From Candidatus Latescibacterota bacterium (GTDB lineage Bacteria > Latescibacterota > UBA2968): a stretch of DNA of 64,000 bases. Below are positions 40,342 through 49,766 of this stretch, one piece after another. The notes under the pieces were generated by a model that saw only the letters and a program-made list of their open reading frames with translations, ran no database searches and was not told the origin of the DNA. Numbering within the stretch: position 1 is the stretch's first letter; every line of letters starts with the position of its first letter. The DNA lies in contig OZ242311.1 of the NCBI GenBank assembly GCA_965207885.1, positions 3,360,001 to 3,424,000 of the forward strand, given 5' to 3'. Made by a program: the position numbers and the translations under genes.

Positions 40342-41784
40342 TCACCCGATCAATTCTTCAATCACGCTGCCACCCGTCTGCGACAGTTGCATATATCGTC
40401 CAGCGTAAAAATACGTGAGCTTATTATCATCCAACCCCAAAAGCCTCAGAATCGTCACATGGACGTCCTGGATAGGATGCACTACACCGACTGCTTTTTC
40501 GCCAATCTCATCGGTTTCCCCAATCACGTGTCCCGCATTCACGCCCCCACCAGCAAACCACATTGGCATCGCCGTTGGGTTGTGATCACGACCATAAGCC
40601 ACCCCACCCCCTCGCAGACCATTGTCGGGACTGCGCCCAAACTCACCGCACCAGATAATCAATGTATCCTCCAGCATCCCTCGCTGCTTGAGATCGGTGA
40701 TCAATCCAGCGATGGGCTTGTCGATACTGCGAATCAACGAACCGTGTGCGCGAGCCAGATAATCGTGCGAATCCCATCCGCCAGAATAAATTTGCACAAA
40801 ACGCACACCTCGTTCGACAAGCCTTCGAGCCAACAGACACTTCCGACCAAACGCATCGGTTGTTTCTTCGCCAACACCGTACAACGCTTTGACCTTTTCA
40901 TTTTCTCCTTCTACATCGATAATGTCTGGCACTTCCATCTGCATTCGGAAGGCGAGTTCATAGCTGGCCATGCGTGCCGAAAGTTCGTTGTGTTGGGGAT
41001 GTTGTCTGGCATGGGATTTGTTAAACGCTTTGAGCAGAGAAAGGCTTTCTTTCTGATGGTTGTGGTTAATATGCGGTGGTGGGTGTATATCCAAAATAGG
41101 CGATCCAGTAGATCGCAGCGGCGTGCCCTGATAATGCGCCGGTAGAAAACCATTGGACCAGTTGGCAGCTCCCCCTTGAGGATAAGCCACTTCGGGCAAA
41201 ACAATAAACGCGGGCAGGTTTTCATTTTCAGTGCCCAACCCATAAGTCACCCAGGAGCCCATCGCCGGGTCACCACCGAATTTGTTGCCCGTATTGATGT
41301 GATACATCGCGGTCGGATGATCCACGGATTCTGCCTGGCAGCCTTGATAAAAACAAATCTCATCGGCAACCTCGGCCAAATGAACAAAATGCTCGCACAT
41401 ATCTGCGCCAGACTGACCTACCTTTCGGCTCTTAAATGGACTTTGTACATAGTACCGATTTCCACTCGCCATCGCCGAAAACTGTTTACCCTTCCGCCCA
41501 AACTTTGTCAGATGCAGATCTTGAAGTTTCGACTTGGGATCAAATGTGTCAATGTGGCTCGGCCCACCTTCCATCATTAAAAAAATGCATGATTTGGCTT
41601 TGGCAGGCACCATCTGGGGTTTGGGAGCAAGCAGATTGGATTGGCTGGCAGAGGCATTGTTTTGCATCAACAGGTGGCTCAATGCCACAGAACCAATACT
41701 CGAGCCAAGCCCGTAAAGAAAATCCCGCCGGTTGAGGTTACGCGCTGCCAGCAAATTGAGCCGTTTTTGGAGTTTGCGATCCAT
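40342..41784 (-). CDS. DUF1501 domain protein (Planctomycete-type, Tat-like signal)
   Basis: NRRDFL, AKSCIFL.M.GGPSHIDTFDPK, CLLARRLVERGVRFVQ, GEFGRSP, GRDH. Confidence 0.93.
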   Translation of the reverse strand: MDRKLQKRLNLLAARNLNRRDFLYGLGSSIGSVALSHLLMQNNASASQSNLLAPKPQMVPAKAKSCIFLMMEGGPSHIDTFDPKSKLQDLHLTKFGRKGKQFSAMASGNRYYVQSPFKSRKVGQSGADMCEHFVHLAEVADEICFYQGCQAESVDHPTAMYHINTGNKFGGDPAMGSWVTYGLGTENENLPAFIVLPEVAYPQGGAANWSNGFLPAHYQGTPLRSTGSPILDIHPPPHINHNHQKESLSLLKAFNKSHARQHPQHNELSARMASYELAFRMQMEVPDIIDVEGENEKVKALYGVGEETTDAFGRKCLLARRLVERGVRFVQIYSGGWDSHDYLARAHGSLIRSIDKPIAGLITDLKQRGMLEDTLIIWCGEFGRSPDNGLRGGGVAYGRDHNPTAMPMWFAGGGVNAGHVIGETDEIGEKAVGVVHPIQDVHVTILRLLGLDDNKLTYFYAGRYMQLSQTGGSVIEELIG

Positions 41785-41792
41785 TTTACACC

Positions 41793-44588
41793 TCAATACA
41801 CATAGATAAATTCGTTGGAATTAAACAATACCAGACACAAATCAGCCAAAGCCCGCGTCTCAGCCTGCACATCCCATGGTTTGAGATCGGGCACATAGTC
41901 TTCATAAACATCCAGCTTTTCGACAAACTCAAATGCTTCGCCAGTCATCTCTTCAAACATCCTGCGCGTGACATCTGTCGCATATGTTTGAATCTCGGGC
42001 GAATTTTTGTGGTGATACACGACTGCTTTCTCCAAATACCCGACCGCCTTCTGATATTCTTCCACTGTAGGCACGCGCCCCCAGGCCAATTTAAATGCGC
42101 GCTCAATCTGGTCAGCCTCAGATGCGCTTTCCTTTTTCACCCGATGCGCCATTGCCAGAGCCCGGTCATAACTGTTTTGACTGTTAAATAGCGTAAATAC
42201 CTGGGGCGTAATTGTAGATGTTGTCCTCCGTTCACATGATAAATCTGCGGTTGGCTGGTTAAATACTTCCAGCATTGGATCGGGCAGACCGCGATATCGA
42301 TACGCATAAACGGTGCGCCGATTTCGCGTCGTCGGATCTCTCGAAGGCTGGTGAGCAGGCGCAACAGAACCCATCACATGGCGCGGCTGCAAGGCAACTT
42401 CCATATTGATTTCGGGAAAAATCGGCAACCCGCCCATTTCCAGATTCAGTTCGCCGGAAACAAACAGCATCCCATCGCGCAATTCTTCTGCGGTCAAACG
42501 ACGTGGTGAAAAATAGGACAGCAGTTTATTGCTCGGATCTTTTTTTTGCACCTTTTTCCAATCAGGAGGACTTTCCCCACGCTGGTACGTTTCCGAATTC
42601 ATAATCAGCCGATGCATCGTTTTGAAAGACCAGCCGTGCTCGACAAAATACAATGTTAACCAGTCGAGCAATTCTGGATGCGTAGGTTTTTTGCCCATCA
42701 CGCCAAAGTTATTGCTGTTGCCAGCAATGCCATGCCCGAAATGCCATTGCCAGATGCGGTTGACAATCGAACGTGTCGCCAGCGGATTGTTTGAGTTCGC
42801 AATCCAGTTTGCGAGCGCCAATCGTCGCCCATTCGTTGTTTCGGGAATGGTATTCCACGCAGAAGGCTCCAGATCGGCATTTGAGCCGTAAACAGCAGAG
42901 AGTACACCCGGTGAAACCAGCTCTGTTGGCGCATAAACCGAACCCCCGCCGAGGATATGCACTTTTTGGAGTTCACCTTTAAGATTCTCAGGCATCATCA
43001 TCCGTGATTTGACATTTCTGAGTGTGACAAGTGGGCCGTTGTAAATGCTAAGCGCAATGGGTTTGTAGCGATCCTTTTTCCAACTCAAGCGCTGAACCTG
43101 TTTGGCGAGCGCTTTTTGGGTACCCAAATCTTTGTGCGTCAATCCAATAAACCGGGGCAACCGTTTGTCGTCCGGCAATTTGCTTCTTTCCCTTTTGGAC
43201 AGATATTCCATGCCTCGTTCTTCCATCCACTTCCGTGTTGCATCCTCCTCTTTTTTTCTAATCTCTGCCTGTTTGTCGATTGCATTTTGAAGCAAACTTT
43301 CAATGCGCAGTCGCCCAACGCCAAATCTGTTCTGGTTTTCTGCTGGCAAATACGGCACATCGCGTTCGGCTAACTGAACGGGTGCAAAGACAGCCTGCAT
43401 CCGATAGTAGTCTCGCGTTGGAATGGGGTCAACTTTATGGTCGTGACACCTGGCACAACGCAACGGAATCGAGAGAAAGGTCTCACCCACACTGTTGGTC
43501 ACATCGTCGAGAAAAAGCTGACGAGTTTCAGCAGCTACGCTCATTCCGGTCTGTTCCCACGGCCCTGACCGCAAGTACCCCACGGCAATCAACATTTCGG
43601 GATTGTTGGGCTCAAATTCATCTCCAGCCAGTTGTTCAATAACAAACCGGTTGTAGGGCTTGTCAGAGTTGAAAGATCGAATGACATAGTCCCGGTATCG
43701 CCAGGCATTGGGGCGTTCAAAATCATTTGAATACCCGGCTGTATCGGCATAACGCACAACGTCCAGCCAGTTTCGCCCCCATCGCTCACCATACTGAGGA
43801 CTCTTCAGCAAGCGATCAATAACCTTATCAAAAGCTTTTTCAGACGCATCATTTACAAAAGCCTCAATCTCCTCAGGTGTAGGCGGCAATCCTATCAGAT
43901 CAAAGGTCGCGCGCCTGATCAACGTGCGTTTATCGGCTCGACCAGCCGGTGTGATCCCCGCGTCTTGCAATCTTTGATGGACAAAGGCATCTACCGGATT
44001 CTTCGTGTCCACTCCCGTCACGTCCTCTATATTCGGCACAGAATACCGTTGCACTGGCGCAAAAGCCCAGAGATCTTCGGGTTTGTACCGACGCTCCGTC
44101 CATTCTCGGGAAAGTCCGCCGCTTGTTTTTACAGTCACACCGTCTTTGGCAGACCAGGAGTCAGACTCAAGAATTTTCTCCTGAGCCACCCATGGTGCGC
44201 CTCCAAGGATCCACTCTCGCCACACCTTGATCTGCGCATCCGAAAGCCGATCATTCTCTTTGGGCGGCATTTGGAGTGCTCCGTCTTCCCACTTTATGGC
44301 GATGTACATTGCGCTTTCGTCAGGACTACCCGGCACGAGCACGGGTCCAAATGCACTGCCTTTGAGCATCCCCTCACGCGATCTCAAATCCAGATCTGCT
44401 CGCACATCGTCAGGGTTATCGCCGTGACAGGCAAAACACTTTGTCTTCAAAAGCGGCAACACTTCCCGAACAAATAACCTCTCTGCCGCCACAGGCGTCA
44501 CTTCGACTTCACCAGAAGCGGCAACAGAAGTCGATAAGCCCAACAATAACGAAGCAAAAAAATATACGAGCCAGCGCATCGTATCCAT
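41793..44588 (-). CDS. PSD1/DUF1549/DUF1553 protein with planctomycete cytochrome c domain
   Basis: Signal peptide, CFACH and CARCHDHK, WAF.P, LIRRATFDL.GLPPT, YGERWGR.WLD..RYADT, HPELLDWL, NSNEFIYV. Confidence 0.93.
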   Translation of the reverse strand: MDTMRWLVYFFASLLLGLSTSVAASGEVEVTPVAAERLFVREVLPLLKTKCFACHGDNPDDVRADLDLRSREGMLKGSAFGPVLVPGSPDESAMYIAIKWEDGALQMPPKENDRLSDAQIKVWREWILGGAPWVAQEKILESDSWSAKDGVTVKTSGGLSREWTERRYKPEDLWAFAPVQRYSVPNIEDVTGVDTKNPVDAFVHQRLQDAGITPAGRADKRTLIRRATFDLIGLPPTPEEIEAFVNDASEKAFDKVIDRLLKSPQYGERWGRNWLDVVRYADTAGYSNDFERPNAWRYRDYVIRSFNSDKPYNRFVIEQLAGDEFEPNNPEMLIAVGYLRSGPWEQTGMSVAAETRQLFLDDVTNSVGETFLSIPLRCARCHDHKVDPIPTRDYYRMQAVFAPVQLAERDVPYLPAENQNRFGVGRLRIESLLQNAIDKQAEIRKKEEDATRKWMEERGMEYLSKRERSKLPDDKRLPRFIGLTHKDLGTQKALAKQVQRLSWKKDRYKPIALSIYNGPLVTLRNVKSRMMMPENLKGELQKVHILGGGSVYAPTELVSPGVLSAVYGSNADLEPSAWNTIPETTNGRRLALANWIANSNNPLATRSIVNRIWQWHFGHGIAGNSNNFGVMGKKPTHPELLDWLTLYFVEHGWSFKTMHRLIMNSETYQRGESPPDWKKVQKKDPSNKLLSYFSPRRLTAEELRDGMLFVSGELNLEMGGLPIFPEINMEVALQPRHVMGSVAPAHQPSRDPTTRNRRTVYAYRYRGLPDPMLEVFNQPTADLSCERRTTSTITPQVFTLFNSQNSYDRALAMAHRVKKESASEADQIERAFKLAWGRVPTVEEYQKAVGYLEKAVVYHHKNSPEIQTYATDVTRRMFEEMTGEAFEFVEKLDVYEDYVPDLKPWDVQAETRALADLCLVLFNSNEFIYVY

Positions 44589-44657
44589 CAACCCTTAAGA
44601 AAATGCAGAAAAAACGCGTTCAGTGAAAAGTTTTATGGGTGTCATCGCTCCCTGGTT

Positions 44658-44685
44658 AATATAAATCGTCCACTGGAAATGACAA
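44658..44685 (-). promoter_or_regulatory. Putative promoter of the PSD1-DUF1501 pair
   Basis: TTGTCA-N16-TATATT. Confidence 0.5.
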
Positions 44686-44722
44686 GGAACATCATCACCG
44701 ATTGAGCGCAGTAATCAAAGTC

Positions 44723-44758
44723 AAAAGGTCGTGAGAACTAATCTCACGACCCTTTTTT
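44723..44758 (+). terminator. Orphan terminator-like hairpin in a divergent spacer
   Basis: GGTCGTGAGA-actaa-TCTCACGACC then CTTTTTT. Confidence 0.65.
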
Positions 44759-44867
44759 ATTAGGATGCGCAATGAATGGAACGCGCCACGAATTTCTGCT
44801 GTCAAATAAGATGTCACACCACTCGCGCACAAGCGCGCAACGCGGATCACCCATATAAGGAGAAAGC

Positions 44868-46835
44868 ATGCCTGCAAATACGGCGACCAGGTCCCGACGG
44901 CTGAAGCCAATCACAATAGAACTGTTGATTATCTTACTGTTATTGGGCGTGACCTGTTACTGGCTGTTGTTCATCCGAGCTACAAACAGTGGGTTGACCT
45001 TTGAGAATAAACTGCTGATTCCCGAACAGTTATTTGGAACTGTTGTGGATGGACGGCGGCAGTTTCACCTGACCGTTGCAGAAGGAAGCCGAGAGTTCTT
45101 GCCAGGCAAACAAACACCGACAGCTGGCGTTAACGGACCGTTTCTGGGACCGACACTGCGACTGCGTCGAGGCGAAGATGTCGATCTGATCGTCCAGAAC
45201 AACCTGGATGAAATAACGACAATGCACTGGCACGGAATGTACGTTCCCGCTCGCATGGACGGCACACCACATCAGAAAATCGAGCCTGGAGAATCATGGA
45301 CTGCCAGCTTTCCGGTCGATCAACAGGCCGCTCCGTTATGGTACCACCCGCATCCGCATGGCAGTACGGGGCGGCAGGTCTATCGGGGAGTCGCTGGCCT
45401 CATGTGGATCGATGACGATAACAGTGATGCGCTGGACCTGCCAAAGACCTACGGCGTTGACGACATTCCACTCGTGCTCCAGGACCGACTATTTGACAAC
45501 GATGGTGCGTTTCGCTTTGCCCGCAACCAGGGTGCTGTCTTTGGAAACACCATGCTGATCAATGGAACCTGGAATCCATTTCTCCAGGTTGAGTCGCGTC
45601 GCATTCGATTCAGACTGTTAAACGGCTCGAATGCGCGTATCTACTACATCGGCTTTGACGACAACCGAGAGTTTCATCAGATCGCCACAGATGGCGGATT
45701 CCTCGAGACGCCTCTCCAAACCAACCGCGTGATCCTCGCACCCGGCGAGCGAGCCGAGATCCTAATTGACTTCAGCGACGGTGCTGAAGTAGTGTTGAAA
45801 AGCTACCCGGAAGCAGGATTGCAGAGAACGATTATATCGTTTTTATGGGGGCACGGCACGGGGAATCTGCAATTGTTAAAGATCATTCCCCGACCGACAA
45901 ATCGTGCATCTCATGCACTGCCAGAGCGCCTCAACACCATCTCCCGCATCGATCCCTCACTCGCCGCCAAAACCCGTCCGATGGTTTTGGCTGGACCCCG
46001 ACAAGGTGGTCGAGGGGGACGAGGGGGACGACTACAAAACATACAACAACGCATCACCCGGAATCTGGAGGCACTACAAGGCGGACGAGAAGGACGGGGA
46101 GGTCGAGGAGGTCGAGGAGGTCGAGGAGGGCCACCGATCAACGGCAAGACAATGGATATGGCGAGAATTGATGAGGTCGTGCGATTGGGAGACATTGAGA
46201 TTTGGGAAGTGCACAATCGCGGCGGTCAGCCTCACCCTTTCCACCTCCATCCGGCCCAGTTTCAAATTCTCGACCGCAACGGCCAACCATCCACCAGTGC
46301 CGACCTCGGCTGGAAAGACACAGTCCTGGTGCCTCCAGGTGATCTCGTTCGGATCATCATGGCCTTCGAGCGATATGCTGACCCTCAGGTACCATACATG
46401 TACCACTGCCACATCCTGGAACACGAAGACAACGGGATGATGGGACAGTTCCTGGTTGTGGAAGAGCCAGAGCAACTCAGCTTGATCACTGGCAAGACGA
46501 CCGTCGTCACATTCATCACTGGCGTTCAATGCGGGCATTGTTACGAGCACGCGCGTTTGTTCGACGAGGTGCTTCGGGAGAACGACATCAATCTGGTGAT
46601 CATCACGCCAGAATCCGATCCAGACCAGGAGAGAGTTGCTGCGCTGTCGTCGAGCCTAATCTCAGACACTGCTGGCAAATGGGCAGGTTGGTTTGGAATG
46701 GCCCACACCGGCCCAACGCACGGCACAGTCCTGCTGGATACGACCGGCGAGGTCGTCTGGAGGTCCACAGCCCCCGAACCATACATGGATGTCCATGATC
46801 TCGTGAACCGTGCGAAAAATCTGCCGGGCACATAA
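44868..46835 (+). CDS. Multicopper oxidase (CueO-like) with RGG insert and C-terminal redoxin-like domain
   Basis: HWHG, WYHPH, HPFHLH, HCHILEHED.GM copper motifs; C-terminal CGHC..HGTVLLD..G.V.W; AAGGAG RBS. Confidence 0.9.
   Translation: MPANTATRSRRLKPITIELLIILLLLGVTCYWLLFIRATNSGLTFENKLLIPEQLFGTVVDGRRQFHLTVAEGSREFLPGKQTPTAGVNGPFLGPTLRLRRGEDVDLIVQNNLDEITTMHWHGMYVPARMDGTPHQKIEPGESWTASFPVDQQAAPLWYHPHPHGSTGRQVYRGVAGLMWIDDDNSDALDLPKTYGVDDIPLVLQDRLFDNDGAFRFARNQGAVFGNTMLINGTWNPFLQVESRRIRFRLLNGSNARIYYIGFDDNREFHQIATDGGFLETPLQTNRVILAPGERAEILIDFSDGAEVVLKSYPEAGLQRTIISFLWGHGTGNLQLLKIIPRPTNRASHALPERLNTISRIDPSLAAKTRPMVLAGPRQGGRGGRGGRLQNIQQRITRNLEALQGGREGRGGRGGRGGRGGPPINGKTMDMARIDEVVRLGDIEIWEVHNRGGQPHPFHLHPAQFQILDRNGQPSTSADLGWKDTVLVPPGDLVRIIMAFERYADPQVPYMYHCHILEHEDNGMMGQFLVVEEPEQLSLITGKTTVVTFITGVQCGHCYEHARLFDEVLRENDINLVIITPESDPDQERVAALSSSLISDTAGKWAGWFGMAHTGPTHGTVLLDTTGEVVWRSTAPEPYMDVHDLVNRAKNLPGT
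46098..46129 (+). repeat. In-frame 9-bp tandem repeat (GGAGGTCGA)x3.5 encoding GGR
   Basis: Read directly; related (CGAGGGGGA)x2 at 46011-46028. Confidence 0.85.
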
Positions 46836-46937
46836 AGACAACTTTATCTTCAGCTTGCAGTTGCGCCTTTAAATATGTAAGTTGTGCACACAAATAAAAA
46901 ATCACCGAGCACTGATATAAAACAAGGAGAATCTATT

Positions 46938-48272
46938 ATGAAGCTCACCCTGATACTCGGTCTCCTGCCCCTTGCGCTTATTTCCTGGGCCACAACGGCC
47001 GAGGCCAGATATCAGGAAGCCATGGACCCAAACGGTTTTGTGAAAAACCTCGATTCCGATTACGGCCTGGTCGATGACGGTGCAAAAACCAACCAGAGTG
47101 CGCTTTTGCAGAAGGCGATCAACGACGTCGCAGCCGCAGGCGGTGGACGGCTTATTATTCCGAAAGGCACCTATCGTTTTGCAAAAGTCTATCTCAAATC
47201 GAATGTACACCTGTTGATCGAAAAAGATACAGTCATCAAGCCCTATTGGCCAGAAGGTACAAAAACCGTTATTTTCATCCTGGACTATGAGGATACATCC
47301 AGGAGGGGACCTAAGCAAAGGGGAAATGAATTTATTGAGAACGTCAGCATTAGGGGACTCGGCGGACGGTTCATCGTCGATTATTCCGACCGGGAGCGGC
47401 GGGAAGAAGAGGGCATCCGCACCGTCTTGTGCAGAATGGTCAGAAATTTCCTCATCTCCGATCTCGATATAAAAGATAACTTCACGGTCTATTGTGGGTT
47501 GACGATGACTCCTACACGGTCGCGCAACGAAAATGTGAAACATTGGGAGATCTCTCGCGCTACCGATGGAACCATCCGAAATTGCCGCATCTTCAACGCC
47601 AGTCCGGGATATGGACTCGTCCAATTACACGGCGCACAATCGTTGCACTTCGAAGATCTTTATGCAAAGGGAGGCGTCACCTTGAGGCTCGAGACGGGGG
47701 CAGTGGGAGATCACACGGCAGTTTACGACATTACAGCCAGAAACATCACCTCTGAAAATGGCCGCTGTGCTGTCATGCTTGGACCTCACAGCGCGAACAA
47801 TGGATTGGTTCATGTCGATGGTGCCACGTCCAAAAGCAGTACATATGCGGTCACCATAGGCCGGGGGAACGTCAAGAAGGCTGAACAGGCGAGAAATCCC
47901 GACGCAAAACCCGGACGCTTTGCCGATGGGTGTTCCATCAAAAATATTCACGCGATTTTTGGGAAAGATGCGCAGGTAAAAACACACGAAATGATGAATA
48001 TTCCGGAAGAATACTACGATGATCTGAGGCTAAGAAAGGTCACAAAATTCTTTGATGGACCATCGATCGGGGCGGTAAAGGATTACACCAATGGAACGTA
48101 TCGCGTCGATATCGAGAATGTGACCCTTGAGGGATTTAAGTACAACGCTGATAAGAAGATCCTGACCCCAGAAGACGCCAGACCGGGCAAATGGGGACAA
48201 GCCCTCAGAAAATGGAAGGCTGACCGGGGTATCCCTATTGAACCCAAGAGAGCCTCAAATTCGGGAAAATAG
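46938..48272 (+). CDS. Secreted GH82 iota-carrageenase-like beta-helix protein
   Basis: AAGGAG RBS then ATG 46938, signal peptide; IP.GTY.F....KSNVH, GYGLVQ, GG..LRLET, AVM.GPH, GPS..AV match GH82 as I recall it. Confidence 0.8.
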   Translation: MKLTLILGLLPLALISWATTAEARYQEAMDPNGFVKNLDSDYGLVDDGAKTNQSALLQKAINDVAAAGGGRLIIPKGTYRFAKVYLKSNVHLLIEKDTVIKPYWPEGTKTVIFILDYEDTSRRGPKQRGNEFIENVSIRGLGGRFIVDYSDRERREEEGIRTVLCRMVRNFLISDLDIKDNFTVYCGLTMTPTRSRNENVKHWEISRATDGTIRNCRIFNASPGYGLVQLHGAQSLHFEDLYAKGGVTLRLETGAVGDHTAVYDITARNITSENGRCAVMLGPHSANNGLVHVDGATSKSSTYAVTIGRGNVKKAEQARNPDAKPGRFADGCSIKNIHAIFGKDAQVKTHEMMNIPEEYYDDLRLRKVTKFFDGPSIGAVKDYTNGTYRVDIENVTLEGFKYNADKKILTPEDARPGKWGQALRKWKADRGIPIEPKRASNSGK

Positions 48273-48275
48273 CTT

Positions 48276-49328
48276 TTAGCCCGTTACCTTTTCTGCTGCC
48301 ACAATCTCCTGCATGTCCCGGTCAAACGACGCTCCGTCGAACGGCACGACGACGATCTTGCTGGCGTGATTATCGTTTCCCAGGTCTTCCGCTTTCTTCA
48401 CATCAATGACCGAGAAGATGAAGTGCGTGACGTGGCCGTCTTCGACATATGCGGTCGGACGCTCCACCATCTCCCAGTGGTTCACAGTTCCATCTGTATA
48501 GCGAAATACCATGGCTTCTTTGCGGAAGGCAACGCCCCGATACGTCCAGTTATGAATACCATCTTCGGACGTAAAGTGATAAGATATCCCGGTAGGCCAA
48601 TGGTTGTACACAATGTGATACAGGCCGCCGCTGTACCAGACAGTGGGGTCCTCATTCCGCGTCTGAGGCAACTCTGGATATTTATCGTACAATCGATCGC
48701 TTATGATCTTATAAGGTCCCAGAATGCCGCTTTCGCTGATCAGGGTAGCAGTGGACCGGGGAACAATCATGTATCTCCCATCTGGTCGCAGCAGGATTTT
48801 GACATTGGCCATGCGGCCGTTCCTTTCATAGCGGGCAAGCGCCGGATCAAATCCGTTGAAATCTACCTTGATCCTGCCGAGCAGTTCAAACGGGCCGTCT
48901 GGCGATTCGGAAACAAAGACCTCTCCATGGGTAATCTCGCTTGTCACCGTGGCGTACCGACCGTCGTGCATCCTCAGTCCGATCACATTGTGTCCCTTAC
49001 CGCCCTGCCAGTGGGGCCAGAGAAGGCCCTTGTCTTCATAGGGACCCATAACGTGATCGCTGACAGCGTGTATGCCCTTTGAGTCTTCTTTCCAGCCTGT
49101 GCGGTGCGTAAAGGAGTGATGCCAGCGGCTGGCATAGATATGATAGCGCCCCTCATCGTCCTTCACGATCTTACCGTCCCAGTAGCACCAGTTCTCCAGT
49201 CTGGCATCCTCCAGCCCGTTGTGGATATCGCGCGGCAACACATTCGAATCGCCCCAGACTCCCTCGAAAACCAGAGGTCTCCGAGGCTCCATGGGAAGGA
49301 AGTAGTCAATCAGGGTTTTTGCTGTCAT
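48276..49328 (-). CDS. Five-bladed beta-propeller glycoside hydrolase (GH43-like clan)
   Basis: WDG.I..D..G.YH.Y.SRW, GPY, GHN, EDP, ERP motifs. Confidence 0.7.
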   Translation of the reverse strand: MTAKTLIDYFLPMEPRRPLVFEGVWGDSNVLPRDIHNGLEDARLENWCYWDGKIVKDDEGRYHIYASRWHHSFTHRTGWKEDSKGIHAVSDHVMGPYEDKGLLWPHWQGGKGHNVIGLRMHDGRYATVTSEITHGEVFVSESPDGPFELLGRIKVDFNGFDPALARYERNGRMANVKILLRPDGRYMIVPRSTATLISESGILGPYKIISDRLYDKYPELPQTRNEDPTVWYSGGLYHIVYNHWPTGISYHFTSEDGIHNWTYRGVAFRKEAMVFRYTDGTVNHWEMVERPTAYVEDGHVTHFIFSVIDVKKAEDLGNDNHASKIVVVPFDGASFDRDMQEIVAAEKVTG

Positions 49329-49360
49329 ACAATCTCCTTTACATCAGTCGCTTGAAGTTC

Positions 49361-49762
49361 TCAGTCAAGGCCCATCACCTCGCGGACGCAGGGAAATTCT
49401 CGCCAGATGTCGGTAAAGCAGTCGTTGCCATTTTTTGCACAATCAACATGGCTCATGTGGGCAATTGTGGCATAGCGAATGTTGGGAGAAGCATTGGGGC
49501 TGGCGCAGTGATACACCAAAAAATGAGCGAGAATTAGATCCCCTGCCTGACCGGTGATCATGTGCGGTGGCTCGGGCTGGTCGATACGTGGCTGTCCATT
49601 GGAGAGAATTTCAACGCCCTCCTGATTGAGATAGTCTTCATAGACGTGATGGGACCCGGGCCAGACAGTGAAATTCCCACTATAAGGCTCGGGTACATCG
49701 GCGAGATAGATGATGCCAAAGCAGGTAAAGCCCCGGTGATAGGAACCTTTTGGTTTGCCGTT
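49361..49762 (-). pseudogene. 5'-truncated PhyH-family dioxygenase remnant
   Basis: Retains IYL.D....GNFTVWPGSH and AGDLIL.H...H..SPN....R but has no HxD motif or start; the upstream part of the ORF overlaps the sulfatase in another frame. Confidence 0.75.
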
Positions 49763-49766
49763 TCTC

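Noticed and set aside
44800-44816. TGTCA direct repeat as a Pho or Cop box before the oxidase
   Set aside because: The period is 12 nt rather than 11 and it does not match the CusR/CopR consensus
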